Part shown: piece by piece, positions 21,010 to 30,382 of the stretch
How positions within the stretch are numbered: the stretch's first letter is position 1
How the letters are laid out: each line of letters starts with the position of its first letter
Source: an uncultured bacterium
GTDB lineage: Bacteria; Desulfobacterota; Desulfobaccia; Desulfobaccales; 0-14-0-80-60-11
Length of the DNA: 64,000 bases
Assembly (NCBI GenBank): GCA_937943575.1
Contig: CALEAV010000001.1
Location: 20,375-84,374, forward strand
Reading direction: 5' to 3'
The notes under the pieces: generated by a model
What the model was told of the DNA's origin: nothing
The model's input: the letters and a program-made list of their open reading frames with translations, nothing else
The model's database searches: none
Translations under genes and position numbers: made by a program

Positions 21010-21656
21010 GCCGAATATATATATGGGCCTTGTCAGTGGCGCTGGCCGCTTGGCTGGGTGGGGTGGCATGGCCGGCCGCCGCGGCAAAACCTGCGGCTCC
21101 CCCGGGCGCCCGCCCGGCGCCGGCTCAGGACGCCGACCTGCCGCTGCGCATCACCGCCGCCAGCCTGGAGGCGGATCAGGAGAAGCGCCTCATCCTCTTT
21201 TCCGGCCAGGTGAAGGCCCAGAAGGGGGAGGCGGTGCTCTACTGCGACCAGCTCTATGTCTACTTCCAGCCGCCGGCCGCCGGCGCCAAGGCTCCCTCCA
21301 CCGAGGGGGCGCCTTTGCCGGGGGGGCTGGGGGGCGGCGAGAGGATCGACCGCATCGAGGCCCGGGGGCGGGTGCGGTTTGTCTATGAGGACCGGGTGGC
21401 CACCGGCGAGACCGCCGTCTACTATCAGGACCGGGGCGAGATCCTCCTCACCGGCAACCCCAAGGTCTGGCAGGGGGACAACACCCTGAAGGGCGAGCGC
21501 ATCATCGTCAACACCCGGGAGAACCGGGTGCGGGTGGAGAGCTCCCCCAGCCAGCGGGTGGAGGCCTTCCTCTACCCCCGGGGTGAGGGCGCCGCAGGGC
21601 TGCTGCCGGCCTCGCCGGGACGCCCCGCCAAAGACGTCCGGCCGGCGCCGCGGTAG
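21006..21656 (+). CDS. lptA: LPS transport periplasmic protein LptA (OstA-like)
   Basis: Signal peptide, then LRITAASLEADQEKRLILFSGQVKAQKGEAVLYCDQLYVYF. GTG 21006 overlaps the lptC stop (GTGA) 9 nt after GGAGGG. The ORF track starts at TTG 20997. Confidence 0.75.
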   Translation: MSRIYIWALSVALAAWLGGVAWPAAAAKPAAPPGARPAPAQDADLPLRITAASLEADQEKRLILFSGQVKAQKGEAVLYCDQLYVYFQPPAAGAKAPSTEGAPLPGGLGGGERIDRIEARGRVRFVYEDRVATGETAVYYQDRGEILLTGNPKVWQGDNTLKGERIIVNTRENRVRVESSPSQRVEAFLYPRGEGAAGLLPASPGRPAKDVRPAPR

Positions 21657-21661
21657 GAGTT

Positions 21662-22384
21662 ATGCACGAGCTCACCCTGGACAAGCTGGTCAAAAGCTAC
21701 GGCCACCGGCGGGTGGTGGATGAGGTGTCCCTCACGGTCAGAAGCGGCGAGGTGGTGGGGGTGCTGGGCCCCAACGGCGCCGGCAAGACCACCACCTTCT
21801 ATATGATCCTGGGCCTGATCACCCCGGACGCCGGGGCCATCTACCTGGACGGCGAGGACATCTCCCCCCTCCCCATCTACCAGCGGGCCCGCCGCGGCCT
21901 GCAGTATCTCCCCCAGGAATCCTCGGTCTTCCGCAAGCTCACGGTGGCGGAGAACATCCTGGCCATCCTGGAGACTCTGGAGCCCGACCCGGCCCTCAGG
22001 GAGGAGCGCCTGTGGCGCCTGCTGGGGGAGCTCCGGCTCACCCACCTGGCCCACCAGAAGGCCTCCTCCCTCTCCGGCGGGGAACGCCGCCGGGTGGAGA
22101 TCACCCGGGCCCTGGTCACCTCGCCCCACTTCATCATCCTGGATGAGCCCTTCGCCGGCATTGACCCCTTGGCGGTGGGCGACCTGCAGAACATCATCCG
22201 CCAGCTCAAGGAGCAGGGCCTGGGGGTGCTCCTCTCCGACCACAATGTCCGGGAGGCCCTGGAGATCTGCGACCGGGCCTATATCCTCAACGAGGGGGTC
22301 ATCCTGGAGGAGGGCACCCCGGCACACTTGGTGCAAAGCGAGCTGGCCAAAAGATTTTACTTGGGGGAGGGCTTTAAGTTATAA
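21662..22384 (+). CDS. lptB: LPS export ABC transporter ATP-binding protein
   Basis: Walker A GPNGAGKTT, signature LSGGERRRVEI, Walker B FIILDEPFAGIDP. Conserved position upstream of rpoN. Confidence 0.9.
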   Translation: MHELTLDKLVKSYGHRRVVDEVSLTVRSGEVVGVLGPNGAGKTTTFYMILGLITPDAGAIYLDGEDISPLPIYQRARRGLQYLPQESSVFRKLTVAENILAILETLEPDPALREERLWRLLGELRLTHLAHQKASSLSGGERRRVEITRALVTSPHFIILDEPFAGIDPLAVGDLQNIIRQLKEQGLGVLLSDHNVREALEICDRAYILNEGVILEEGTPAHLVQSELAKRFYLGEGFKL

Positions 22385-22435
22385 TGAAGCCGACGGCAGC
22401 CGGAGAGGCTGCAGCCCGTCGGCAAGGCAGAAGCC

Positions 22436-23935
22436 ATGGCTCTGGAAATCCGCCAAAACCTCCGACTCACCCAGCAGCTCATCATGACCCAGAAGCTGCA
22501 GCAGGCCATCCGGCTGTTGCAGCTCAACCGCATGGAGCTCCTGGCGGAGATCCATCAGGCCCTGGAAACCAACCCCGTGTTGGAGGAGCAGCTCACCGAG
22601 GAGCGGGCCCCGGCCAGTCCGGAGGAAGAAGCCTGGGAGGCGGCCCGGCCCCAGGCCAGCGCCGAGGCGGAGACCGAGGCTTCCCCATCCACTCCGGCCG
22701 CCGACGAAGCCAGCTCGCCACTGGATGACTGGGACTGGGAGAAGTATCTGCAGGATCAGGAATTTTCCCCGCGCCTGGAGGAGTATGAGGCGCGGGAGCT
22801 GCCGTCCTACGAAAACCTCAACGCCCAGAAGACCACCCTCAAATCCCATCTGATGTGGCAGCTGTCCCTGGCCGGCCTGGATCCGGAAGGCCAGATGCTG
22901 GGCACCCTGATTGTCGGCAACCTGGACGCCGACGGCTACCTCCGGGCCACGGTGGAGGAGATCGCCCAGGAAGCCGGCGTTCCCGCCCGGCGGGTGGAGG
23001 AGATCCTCAGGGTGGTGCAGGGCTTTGACCCTCCCGGGGTGGCGGCCCGGGACCTCAAGGAATGCCTGCACCTCCAGCTGGCCGCCCTGAACCTGGACCA
23101 TCCCCTGGTCGCCGCCATCATCGAGAACCATCTCACCAATCTGGGGAACCGCAATTACCACGCCATGGCCCGGGACCTGAAGGCAAGCCTGGAGGAGGTG
23201 GTGCAGGCGGCGGAGATCATCGCCCGGCTGGATCCCAAGCCCGGCCGCCGCTTCGACGCCGAGGACCCGGCCTACATCACCCCGGATGTCTATGTCTACA
23301 AGGTGGGGGAGGAGTATGTCTGTGTCCTCAATGAGGACGGCCTCCCCAAGCTCCGGGTCAACTCCTTTTACCTCGAGTCCCTGCGCCATCCCGAGAAGCT
23401 CTCCGACAGCGCCAAAAGCTATATCCAGAAGCACCTGGACAACGCCCTGTGGTTCATCCGCAGCATCCACCAGCGCCAGAAGACCCTGCAGCGGGTGGCG
23501 GAGAGCATTGTCCGCTTCCAGCGGGACTTTCTGGACCACGGGCTTTCCCACCTCCGGCCCCTGACCCTGAGGCAGGTGGCCGAGGATGTGCAGATGCACG
23601 AATCCACCATCAGCCGGGTGACCACCGGCAAATACATGCACACCCCCCAGGGGGTGCTGGACATGAAATACTTCTTCAACAGCGGCATCAACCTGGGGGT
23701 GGGGGACCAGATCGCCTCCGAAAGCGTCAAGGAGAAGATCCGCCAGCTGGTGCAGTCCGAAAATCCGGAGAACCCCTTAAGCGACCAGGAGATCGCCGAC
23801 CTGTTGCGCAAAGAGGACGTGATCATCGCCCGCCGCACCGTGGCCAAGTACCGGGGCATGCTGGGGGTCCTGCCCTCCAGCAAACGCAGACGCCCGGGCC
23901 TGCGCGGCAAGAACCGGGCCACGCCCCCTTCGTGA
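22436..23935 (+). CDS. rpoN: RNA polymerase sigma-54 factor
   Basis: N-terminus MALEIRQNLRLTQQLIMTQKLQQAIRLLQL and C-terminal RpoN box ARRTVAKYR. Confidence 0.95.
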   Translation: MALEIRQNLRLTQQLIMTQKLQQAIRLLQLNRMELLAEIHQALETNPVLEEQLTEERAPASPEEEAWEAARPQASAEAETEASPSTPAADEASSPLDDWDWEKYLQDQEFSPRLEEYEARELPSYENLNAQKTTLKSHLMWQLSLAGLDPEGQMLGTLIVGNLDADGYLRATVEEIAQEAGVPARRVEEILRVVQGFDPPGVAARDLKECLHLQLAALNLDHPLVAAIIENHLTNLGNRNYHAMARDLKASLEEVVQAAEIIARLDPKPGRRFDAEDPAYITPDVYVYKVGEEYVCVLNEDGLPKLRVNSFYLESLRHPEKLSDSAKSYIQKHLDNALWFIRSIHQRQKTLQRVAESIVRFQRDFLDHGLSHLRPLTLRQVAEDVQMHESTISRVTTGKYMHTPQGVLDMKYFFNSGINLGVGDQIASESVKEKIRQLVQSENPENPLSDQEIADLLRKEDVIIARRTVAKYRGMLGVLPSSKRRRPGLRGKNRATPPS

Positions 23936-23951
23936 AGGCTGGGAGGAGTCC

Positions 23952-24470
23952 ATGCAGATTTCCGTGACCTTCCGCAATCTGGAGCCGTCGGAAGCCCTGA
24001 AGAATTACGTCACTGAGCGCCTGAGCAAGTTCCGGCGCTATCTGGAGGGGCCCCAGGAGGCCCACGTGGTCCTGGGGCTGGAGAAGTTCCGCCACCTGGC
24101 GGATGTCACCATCAACAGCAACGGCCGCCTGATCAAGGGCCGGGAAGAGAATGCCGACATGTATGCGGCCATTGACCTGGTGATGGACAAGATTGACCAG
24201 CAGCTGCGCAAACTCCGGGAGAAATCCCGGGACAAGGGGGACCGCAGCCGGGTCCAGCCGGCCGCGGCGGCCGAAGAGACCCCGTCCCGGCCGCAGGTCC
24301 GCCGCCGCCCGGTGGAGGTGCCGCTGTTGGATCTGCAGGACGCCATCCAGCTGCTCACCGACAAGGGGGAGGAGGCCCTGGTGTTCACCGAGGTGACGTC
24401 CGGCACCCTGGCGGTGCTCACCCGCCGGCCGGACGGCAGCCTCCTGTTGTTGGAGCCCCAGTTGGAGTAA
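23952..24470 (+). CDS. hpf: ribosome hibernation promoting factor (long form)
   Basis: MQISVTFRNLEPSEALKNYVTERLSKFRRYL..., a typical RaiA/HPF N-domain with a C-terminal extension. Follows rpoN. Confidence 0.85.
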   Translation: MQISVTFRNLEPSEALKNYVTERLSKFRRYLEGPQEAHVVLGLEKFRHLADVTINSNGRLIKGREENADMYAAIDLVMDKIDQQLRKLREKSRDKGDRSRVQPAAAAEETPSRPQVRRRPVEVPLLDLQDAIQLLTDKGEEALVFTEVTSGTLAVLTRRPDGSLLLLEPQLE

Positions 24471-24479
24471 CCCTCCTCC

Positions 24480-24941
24480 ATGAACATCATCGACCTGCTG
24501 GACAAAGACTGCATCCTGCCCGACCTGAAGGCCTCCGGCAAGCAGGAGGTGCTGGAGGAGCTGGCCGCCTGCCTCCTGCCCTCCCTGCCGGGGCTGACCC
24601 TGAAGGACGTGGTTCAGGTCCTCATGGAGCGGGAGCGTCTGGGGAGCACCGGCATCGGCGACCACATCGCCATCCCCCATGGCAAGCTGCCGGAGATCCA
24701 GACCCTGAAGCTGGCCTTCGGCCGCAGCCGGGCGGGGGTGGATTTCCAGGCCATGGACGGCAAGCCGTCGCACCTCTTCTTTCTTTTGTTGGCTCCCAGC
24801 AATTCCGCCGGCCTCCATCTCCAGGTCCTGGCCAAGATTTCCCGCATGCTCATGAGCGCCAGCTTCCGGGAGAGCCTGATGCAGGCCCGCTCCCGGGAGG
24901 ACCTTTACCGCCTGCTGCTGGAGAAGGACCGGGAGCTATGA
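24480..24941 (+). CDS. ptsN: PTS IIA-like nitrogen regulatory protein
   Basis: GIGDHIAIPHGKL (EIIA-Ntr active-site His region). Conserved rpoN-operon position. Confidence 0.85.
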   Translation: MNIIDLLDKDCILPDLKASGKQEVLEELAACLLPSLPGLTLKDVVQVLMERERLGSTGIGDHIAIPHGKLPEIQTLKLAFGRSRAGVDFQAMDGKPSHLFFLLLAPSNSAGLHLQVLAKISRMLMSASFRESLMQARSREDLYRLLLEKDREL

Positions 24942-25005
24942 ATCCCCGGGGCTGCCGGGGCCAAGCCGCCCGGGCCTGGGCCGGGCTCTCTCCTCACCCA
25001 CTGCC

Positions 25006-25926
25006 ATGACCCCGAAGCGGGCCGCCGCCGAGCCCACTTTTGATTCCGGCTCCACCGCCTCGCCTCCGCCACCGGTGCCGGTGCTCATCCTCACCGGGCT
25101 GTCGGGCTCCGGCAAGAGCACGGCGCTCCGGGCCCTGGAAGACGCCGGCTATTTCTGCATCGACAATCTGCCCTTAAGCCTCCTGGGGCCTCTCCTGCAG
25201 AAGGTGGCCCCCCCCGGGGGCGACGGCCGCAAGGTGGCCCTGGTCATGGATGTGCGCACCGAGGGCTTCCTCCAGAATTACCCCCGGGTCTTCAAGCGCC
25301 TGGAGCGCCAGGGCTACCGGGTGCACCTGGTGTTTCTGGAGGCGGAGGAGCCGGTGCTCATCCGCCGCTTCAGCCAGACCCGGCGGCAGCACCCGTTGGC
25401 GGACCATGCCACCATCAGCGCCGCCCTCCGCCAGGAGCGGCAGTCCCTGGCGGGCCTGCGGGCCCTGGCGCACCGCATCATCGACACCTCCCATCTCAAC
25501 CCCCACCAGCTCCGGCAGCTCATCATGAGCCAGTATTCCCGGCTGAGCGACCGGGAGCGCATGGTTTTGCACCTCTCTTCCTTCTCCTACCAGCGGGGGG
25601 TGCCGCCCGATGCCGACCTGGTGGTGGACGTGCGCTTTCTCCCCAACCCCTATTTCGTGGAGGAGCTCCGGGAGGCCACCGGCCTGGAGCCGGCGGTGCA
25701 GGACTTTGTCCTGGGCCAGGAGGTGACCCGGGAGTTCCTCTCCCGGCTCACGGGTTTTCTGGATTTTCTGTTGCCCCTGTATCAAAAGGAAGGTAAAACT
25801 CACCTGAACCTGGCCATCGGCTGCACCGGCGGCCTGCATCGCTCGGTGGCCATCGTCCAGGCCTTAAGCCGCCACCTGGCCGGGCAGGGTTACCAGTTCA
25901 CCCTGCACCATCGGGAGCTGACCTGA
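25006..25926 (+). CDS. rapZ: RNase adapter protein RapZ (YhbJ-type P-loop protein)
   Basis: LTGLSGSGKSTALRALEDAGYFCIDNLP, DVRFLPNPYF, IGCTGGLHRSV. Confidence 0.9.
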   Translation: MTPKRAAAEPTFDSGSTASPPPPVPVLILTGLSGSGKSTALRALEDAGYFCIDNLPLSLLGPLLQKVAPPGGDGRKVALVMDVRTEGFLQNYPRVFKRLERQGYRVHLVFLEAEEPVLIRRFSQTRRQHPLADHATISAALRQERQSLAGLRALAHRIIDTSHLNPHQLRQLIMSQYSRLSDRERMVLHLSSFSYQRGVPPDADLVVDVRFLPNPYFVEELREATGLEPAVQDFVLGQEVTREFLSRLTGFLDFLLPLYQKEGKTHLNLAIGCTGGLHRSVAIVQALSRHLAGQGYQFTLHHRELT

Positions 25927-25944
25927 AGAGGGGGAGTCTCAAGC

Positions 25945-26343
25945 ATGATCGGAGTACTCATCGTCACGCACAAGGACCTGGCGGAGGCGCTTCTGGCGGT
26001 GTGCGACCTCATTTTGGGTCGCCAGGAAAACGTCGCCGCCGTCTCCCTGGACCCGGGGGCCCCGCCCGAGACCCTGCGGGAGCAGATCCAGCGGGCCCTG
26101 CAGCAGCTCAATGGCGACGGCGCCGTCATCCTCACCGACATGCTGGGCGGCACCCCCTCCAACCTCAGCCTCTCCTTCCTCCAGGAGGGCAAGGTGGAGG
26201 TGGTCACCGGGGTCAACCTGCCCATGCTCCTCAAGTTGGCCAGCCTGCGGGAGAGAAACGACCTCGCCGAGGTGGCCCGCCTCCTCAAACAGTCCGGCCA
26301 GAGCGGCATCACCGTGGCCAGTGAGCTCCTCGCCAGGAAATGA
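25945..26343 (+). CDS. PTS EIIA component, mannose/fructose family
   Basis: MIGVLIVTHKDLAEALL..., ILTDMLGGTPSN, VVTGVNLPMLL. Confidence 0.8.
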   Translation: MIGVLIVTHKDLAEALLAVCDLILGRQENVAAVSLDPGAPPETLREQIQRALQQLNGDGAVILTDMLGGTPSNLSLSFLQEGKVEVVTGVNLPMLLKLASLRERNDLAEVARLLKQSGQSGITVASELLARK

Positions 26344-26819
26344 CCGGGGAGTTCCGCATCCGCCCCGCCGGGTTTGCGGATGTGAAGGCCATTCACCGCA
26401 TCGAGACCCTCTCCTTCCTCACCCGCTGGTCACGCTGGAGCTTTTATTCCGAGCTCTTAAACCCCCTGAGCACCACCCTGGTGGCCACCCCGGCGGGCGA
26501 CCCCTCCCGGGTGGTGGGCTACCTGGTCTACTGGGTGGCGGCGGGGGAGATGCACATCCTCAACCTGGCGGTGCACCCCCACTGGCGCCGCCGGGGGGTG
26601 GCGAGGCTCCTCCTCACCGCCGGGCTTGGCCGGGCCCGGGGGCAGGGGGCCCGCACCGCCTGGCTGGAGGTCCGCCCCTCCAACCGGCCGGCCCTGGCCC
26701 TGTATGAGAGCCTGGGCTTCGTGCCGGTGGGGCGCCGGCCCGGCTATTACGAGGACACCGGCGAGGACGCCCTTATCCTGGAGCTGGCCCTGGCGCCGGA
26801 AGAGACTGAAACCCCCTGA
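26340..26819 (+). CDS. rimI: ribosomal-protein-alanine N-acetyltransferase (GNAT)
   Basis: ILNLAVHPHWRRRGVARLLL, LEVRPSNRPALALYESLGF. ATGA overlap with the upstream gene. Confidence 0.8.
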   Translation: MTGEFRIRPAGFADVKAIHRIETLSFLTRWSRWSFYSELLNPLSTTLVATPAGDPSRVVGYLVYWVAAGEMHILNLAVHPHWRRRGVARLLLTAGLGRARGQGARTAWLEVRPSNRPALALYESLGFVPVGRRPGYYEDTGEDALILELALAPEETETP

Positions 26820-26826
26820 GCGGCTC

Positions 26827-26901
26827 TGCCCCCTTGATGGGGTTGGGGGAAAGGGTGCGGGAGAGGGGGCAGGCGTCCACGCCCCCCGGCCCCCCACCCG
26901 C
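26827..26901 (+). repeat. about 75-nt G/C-tract element, left copy of a direct repeat bracketing the radical-SAM gene
   Basis: TGCCCCCTT...GGGGttGGGGGaaaGGGtgcGGGagaGGGGG...GTCCAC-GCCCCCCGGCCCC..ACCCGC. It shares these blocks in the same order with 28067-28133. Confidence 0.65.
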
Positions 26902-26905
26902 ACTT

Positions 26906-28009
26906 TTATTTCAGCAGGTGCACGTTGCCGAGGTTGACGTGGCGCAGGCCCGCGGCCAGGGCCGCGTCCCGGGCCCGGAAGGCGAAGTCCCGGGGCGTGA
27001 CGGGCAGATCCGGCAGGTAGAACTGGGGATAAAATGCCAGGAGGCTGTAGGGGATGTCGGGGTTCAGGGCGGCGATAAAGCGGGCCAGCCCGTGGATCTC
27101 CTCCAGGTCCACATAGCCCGGCACCATGAGGGTGCTGGCGGTGAGGAGGGGCACCTGGGGCCGCTCATGGAAGTGCCGGGCCAGGGCGGCAAAATTGCTG
27201 AGGGTCTGCTCGTTGCTCACCCCCGTCAGGGCCCGGTGGATCTCCTCACTGAAGGCCTTGAGGTCGATTTTGATGATGCCGCCTTCGGGAAGGGAGCTCT
27301 CCAGCACCGGGGTCAGCCAGCGGCTCTGCATGGCGCCGTTGGTCTCCCAGCAGATGCGCACCCGGTGCCCCAGGCGGGCGGCCCTCTCCTTGGCCAGGCG
27401 GGCGGCGGCCAGGGCGTGGGGCAGCTGCGGGGTGGGATCCCCGCCAAAGTAACAGATGCAGGCGGTGCGGGGGGTGACGGCCCGGGCCAGCTCCCGGGCG
27501 CGGTGCCGGTCCCCGGCGAAGGTGCGGCGCTTGAAGGTCCAGTTCTGGCAGTAGAGGCAGTTGAAGTTGCAGGCGTGGTAGAAGACCGCCAAGTTGACGT
27601 AGCCCCGCTCCGGGCCGTCTGTCAGGGCATAGTCGGGATAGCCCCGGCCGGTGCCGCCGGGGCAGAACCAGTCGGCCACACAGTTGGTGGGCAGAGGGTC
27701 CTCATACCAGCTCACCCCGGCCCCGGCCGGCCCGCCGCCCCGGAGGTGCCCGTCCTGGACCCGCCGGGCGCCGCAGTAGCCCACCCCGCCCTCGGGGATG
27801 CGGCAGGCATGGAAGCACAGGGTGCATTCCTTGCCTGCCGGGTCCCGGGGGGGCGTAAGGGGGAGGCGGAAGGCCCGGCGGCTCTCGTGGTGGTAGGCCT
27901 CAATCTCGGGCCAGACCTCGTCGAAGTGCCGCCGGATGCAGTGGGCGCAAAACCCCAGGCGCCGGGAGAAGAGCCGCTCGGAGGAGCCGCAATAACGGCA
28001 GCCGCTCAT
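26906..28009 (-). CDS. radical SAM protein (PflA / AmmeMemoRadiSam-like activase family)
   Basis: CNFNCLYCQN (CxxxCxxC), an upstream CTLCFHACRIPEGGVGYCGARR motif and an N-terminal CRYC...CAHC zinc-ribbon-like pair. Confidence 0.8.
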   Translation of the reverse strand: MSGCRYCGSSERLFSRRLGFCAHCIRRHFDEVWPEIEAYHHESRRAFRLPLTPPRDPAGKECTLCFHACRIPEGGVGYCGARRVQDGHLRGGGPAGAGVSWYEDPLPTNCVADWFCPGGTGRGYPDYALTDGPERGYVNLAVFYHACNFNCLYCQNWTFKRRTFAGDRHRARELARAVTPRTACICYFGGDPTPQLPHALAAARLAKERAARLGHRVRICWETNGAMQSRWLTPVLESSLPEGGIIKIDLKAFSEEIHRALTGVSNEQTLSNFAALARHFHERPQVPLLTASTLMVPGYVDLEEIHGLARFIAALNPDIPYSLLAFYPQFYLPDLPVTPRDFAFRARDAALAAGLRHVNLGNVHLLK

Positions 28010-28066
28010 GGGTGACTCTCCTGGGGGGAGGGCTCAGGACGCGGAGGCGCCGTCGCCTTTCACCAG

Positions 28067-28133
28067 TGCCCCCTTTGGGGATGTGGGGCGGCGGAGGGGG
28101 TGAGGGTCCACCGCCCCCCGGCCCCTTACCCGC
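28067..28133 (+). repeat. about 67-nt G/C-tract element, right copy of the direct repeat bracketing the radical-SAM gene
   Basis: TGCCCCCTT-GGGGatgtGGGGcggcggaGGGGGtgaGGG-GTCCACCGCCCCCCGGCCCCttACCCGC. It ends at the ruvB stop codon. Confidence 0.65.
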
Positions 28134-29158
28134 TAAAACAAAGTGGCCTGGCCTTTTTTGATCCCGGGGCGCTGCAGGTATTCCAGGGTGCGGGCGGTCA
28201 CCACCCGGCCCCGGGGGGTGCGCTGCAAAAACCCCGCCTGGATGAGGAAGGGCTCGTAGACCTCCTCCAGGGTGTCCTCTTCCTCGCACAGGGCTGCCGC
28301 CAGGGTGCCCAGGCCCACGGGCCCGCCGCCGTAGTTCTCCAGGATGGTGCTCAAAATCTGGCGGTCCATGCGGTCCAGGCCCAGCTGGTCGATCTCGAGG
28401 AGGCTTAAGGCCGCATCGGCCATCTCCTTGGTGATGCGGCCGTCGCCATGCACCTGGGCGTAGTCCCGCACCCTTCTCAGCAGCCGGTTGGCGATGCGGG
28501 GGGTGCCCCGGGAGCGCCGGGCGATCTCCCAGGCGCCGGCCTCCTCGATGGCCACCCCCAGCACCTGGGCGGCCCGGCGGGTGATGGCGAAAAGCTCCGC
28601 CGGTTGGTAGAAATCCACCCGGAGCAGCAGCCCGAAGCGGTCCCGGAGGGCCGGGCTGAGCAGCCCCGCCCGGGTGGTGGCCCCCACCAGGGTGAAGCGG
28701 GGCAGCTCCAGCTTGACGGTGCGGGCCCCGGGCCCCTGGCCGATGAGCAGGTCCAGGCGGAAGTCCTCCATGGCGGGGTAGAGGATCTCCTCCACCACCG
28801 TGGGCAGCCGGTGCACCTCGTCGATGAAGAGCACATCCCCGGGGGCGAGGTTGGTGAGGAGGGCCGCCAAGTCCCCGGGCCGCTCGATGACCGGGCCACT
28901 GGTGGCCTTGAAGCCCACCCCCAGTTCCTGGGCGATGATGGCGGCCAGGGTGGTCTTCCCCAGCCCCGGGGGGCCGTGCACCAATACGTGGTCCAGGGCC
29001 TCCCCCCGGCCTCGGGCGGCGGCGATGGCGATCTCCAGGTTGCGGCGCACCTCCTCCTGCCCCACAAACTCGGCCAGCGTCCGGGGGCGCAGGCCCGCCT
29101 CCAGGCCCTGGTCCTCGGACAGCCGCCGGGGGGTGACGAGGCGCTCTTCCTCCCGCAT
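28133..29158 (-). CDS. ruvB: Holliday junction branch migration DNA helicase RuvB
   Basis: [51 protein letters not shown]. Confidence 0.95.
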   Translation of the reverse strand: MREEERLVTPRRLSEDQGLEAGLRPRTLAEFVGQEEVRRNLEIAIAAARGRGEALDHVLVHGPPGLGKTTLAAIIAQELGVGFKATSGPVIERPGDLAALLTNLAPGDVLFIDEVHRLPTVVEEILYPAMEDFRLDLLIGQGPGARTVKLELPRFTLVGATTRAGLLSPALRDRFGLLLRVDFYQPAELFAITRRAAQVLGVAIEEAGAWEIARRSRGTPRIANRLLRRVRDYAQVHGDGRITKEMADAALSLLEIDQLGLDRMDRQILSTILENYGGGPVGLGTLAAALCEEEDTLEEVYEPFLIQAGFLQRTPRGRVVTARTLEYLQRPGIKKGQATLF

Positions 29159-29324
29159 GCCCCCAGATTATCGCAGGGCCGCCAACTTTGCAACCGGGAG
29201 GGGATATGATAGATTTGCAAGGGGGAAGGGCGCCGGGGAGCAGCGGCTCCCCCGCCCGCCTCCCACCCCCCCTTCCCCCCTCAATCACGAGGGAATTGAG
29301 GCCTTGGCCTCAAGGAGAGATGGA

Positions 29325-29357
29325 GGGGCAGGGGGTGAAGGTCCGGGAGAGGGGGCA
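29325..29357 (+). repeat. third copy of the G-tract element core
   Basis: GGGGcaGGGGGtgaaggtcCGGGAGAGGGGGCA aligns by eye at roughly 24-25 of 33 positions with 26839-26871 (GGGGttGGGGGaaagggtgCGGGAGAGGGGGCA). Confidence 0.6.
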
Positions 29358-29443
29358 TAGAGTCTGCACCCTTGACCCTTTCTTCCGGAAACCATCGCTT
29401 GCCGGAGGGCGCCAGGCCTGCGGCCTCCTCGCCTGCACCCGTC

Positions 29444-30382
29444 ATGCCAGCGGCCATCGTCGCCCAGGGAGTCTGCAAGTCCTTTCGCACCGGCTGGTTC
29501 AAGCCGCCGCAGGCGGTGTTGAAGGGCGTGGATCTGGAGGTGCCCCGGGGCGGGATTTTCGGCATCCTGGGCCCCAACGCCGCCGGCAAGACCACCCTGA
29601 TCTCCATTCTGGCCACCCTGCTTCTCCCCGACGCCGGCCGGGTGGAGGTCCTGGGGCTGGATGCGGTGCGCCAGGCCCATCTCCTGCGGCAGCGCATCAA
29701 TCTGGCCGCGGCCGGGGCCCAGTTCCTCTGGTGCCTCAGCGTGGAGGAGAACCTGGCCTTCTGCGGCCGCCTCTACGGGTTGGGGGGCAGGCGCCTCCGG
29801 CAGAAGGTGGCGGAGCTGCTGGAGCTCTTTGAGCTCACGGAGCACCGCCGGGTGACCTTCGACAACCTGTCCACCGGCCTGAAACAGCGGCTGGCCCTGG
29901 CCAAGACCCTCATCAACGACCCGGAGCTTCTTTTTTTGGATGAGCCCACCAGCGGCCTGGACCCGGAGATGGCCCGGCACTTGAGGGAGGAGATCGCCCG
30001 CCTCAACCGGGAGACCGGCCTCACCATCCTCCTCACCACCCACAACCTGCGGGAGGCGGAGCTCCTCTGCCACGAAGTGGCCTTCCTCCGGGAGGGGGTG
30101 CTGGCGGTCCACGGCAGCATCCCGGAGCTGCAGGCCCGCCTGGGGTTGGGGGACCGGGTGCGCCTGGCCTTTGCCGGGCCGCCCCCGCCCATGGATTACC
30201 GGGCCCTCCCGGGAGTGGTGTCCGCGGAGGTCTCCGACTCCCAGGTCACTTTGGTGGTGGACCGGGCCGACCTGCGGCTGGCGCCGCTGCTGGCGCTTCT
30301 GCAGCAGAACGGGTCCCCCCCGGCGTCGGTGCGCCTCAAGGAGGCGGACCTGGAAGACCTCTACCATGAGATTGCCCACTGA
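29444..30382 (+). CDS. ABC transporter ATP-binding protein (ABC-2 exporter type)
   Basis: GILGPNAAGKTT, LSTGLKQRLALA, LLFLDEPTSGLDP. I prefer ATG 29444 (MPAAIVAQGVCKSF) over ORF-track 29372. Confidence 0.85.
   Translation: MPAAIVAQGVCKSFRTGWFKPPQAVLKGVDLEVPRGGIFGILGPNAAGKTTLISILATLLLPDAGRVEVLGLDAVRQAHLLRQRINLAAAGAQFLWCLSVEENLAFCGRLYGLGGRRLRQKVAELLELFELTEHRRVTFDNLSTGLKQRLALAKTLINDPELLFLDEPTSGLDPEMARHLREEIARLNRETGLTILLTTHNLREAELLCHEVAFLREGVLAVHGSIPELQARLGLGDRVRLAFAGPPPPMDYRALPGVVSAEVSDSQVTLVVDRADLRLAPLLALLQQNGSPPASVRLKEADLEDLYHEIAH

Noticed and set aside
18757-29357. The repeated G-tract elements were considered as a possible CRISPR-like array.
   Set aside because: The copies are kilobases apart, not regularly spaced, imperfect, and separated by ordinary genes. 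No cas genes are present.
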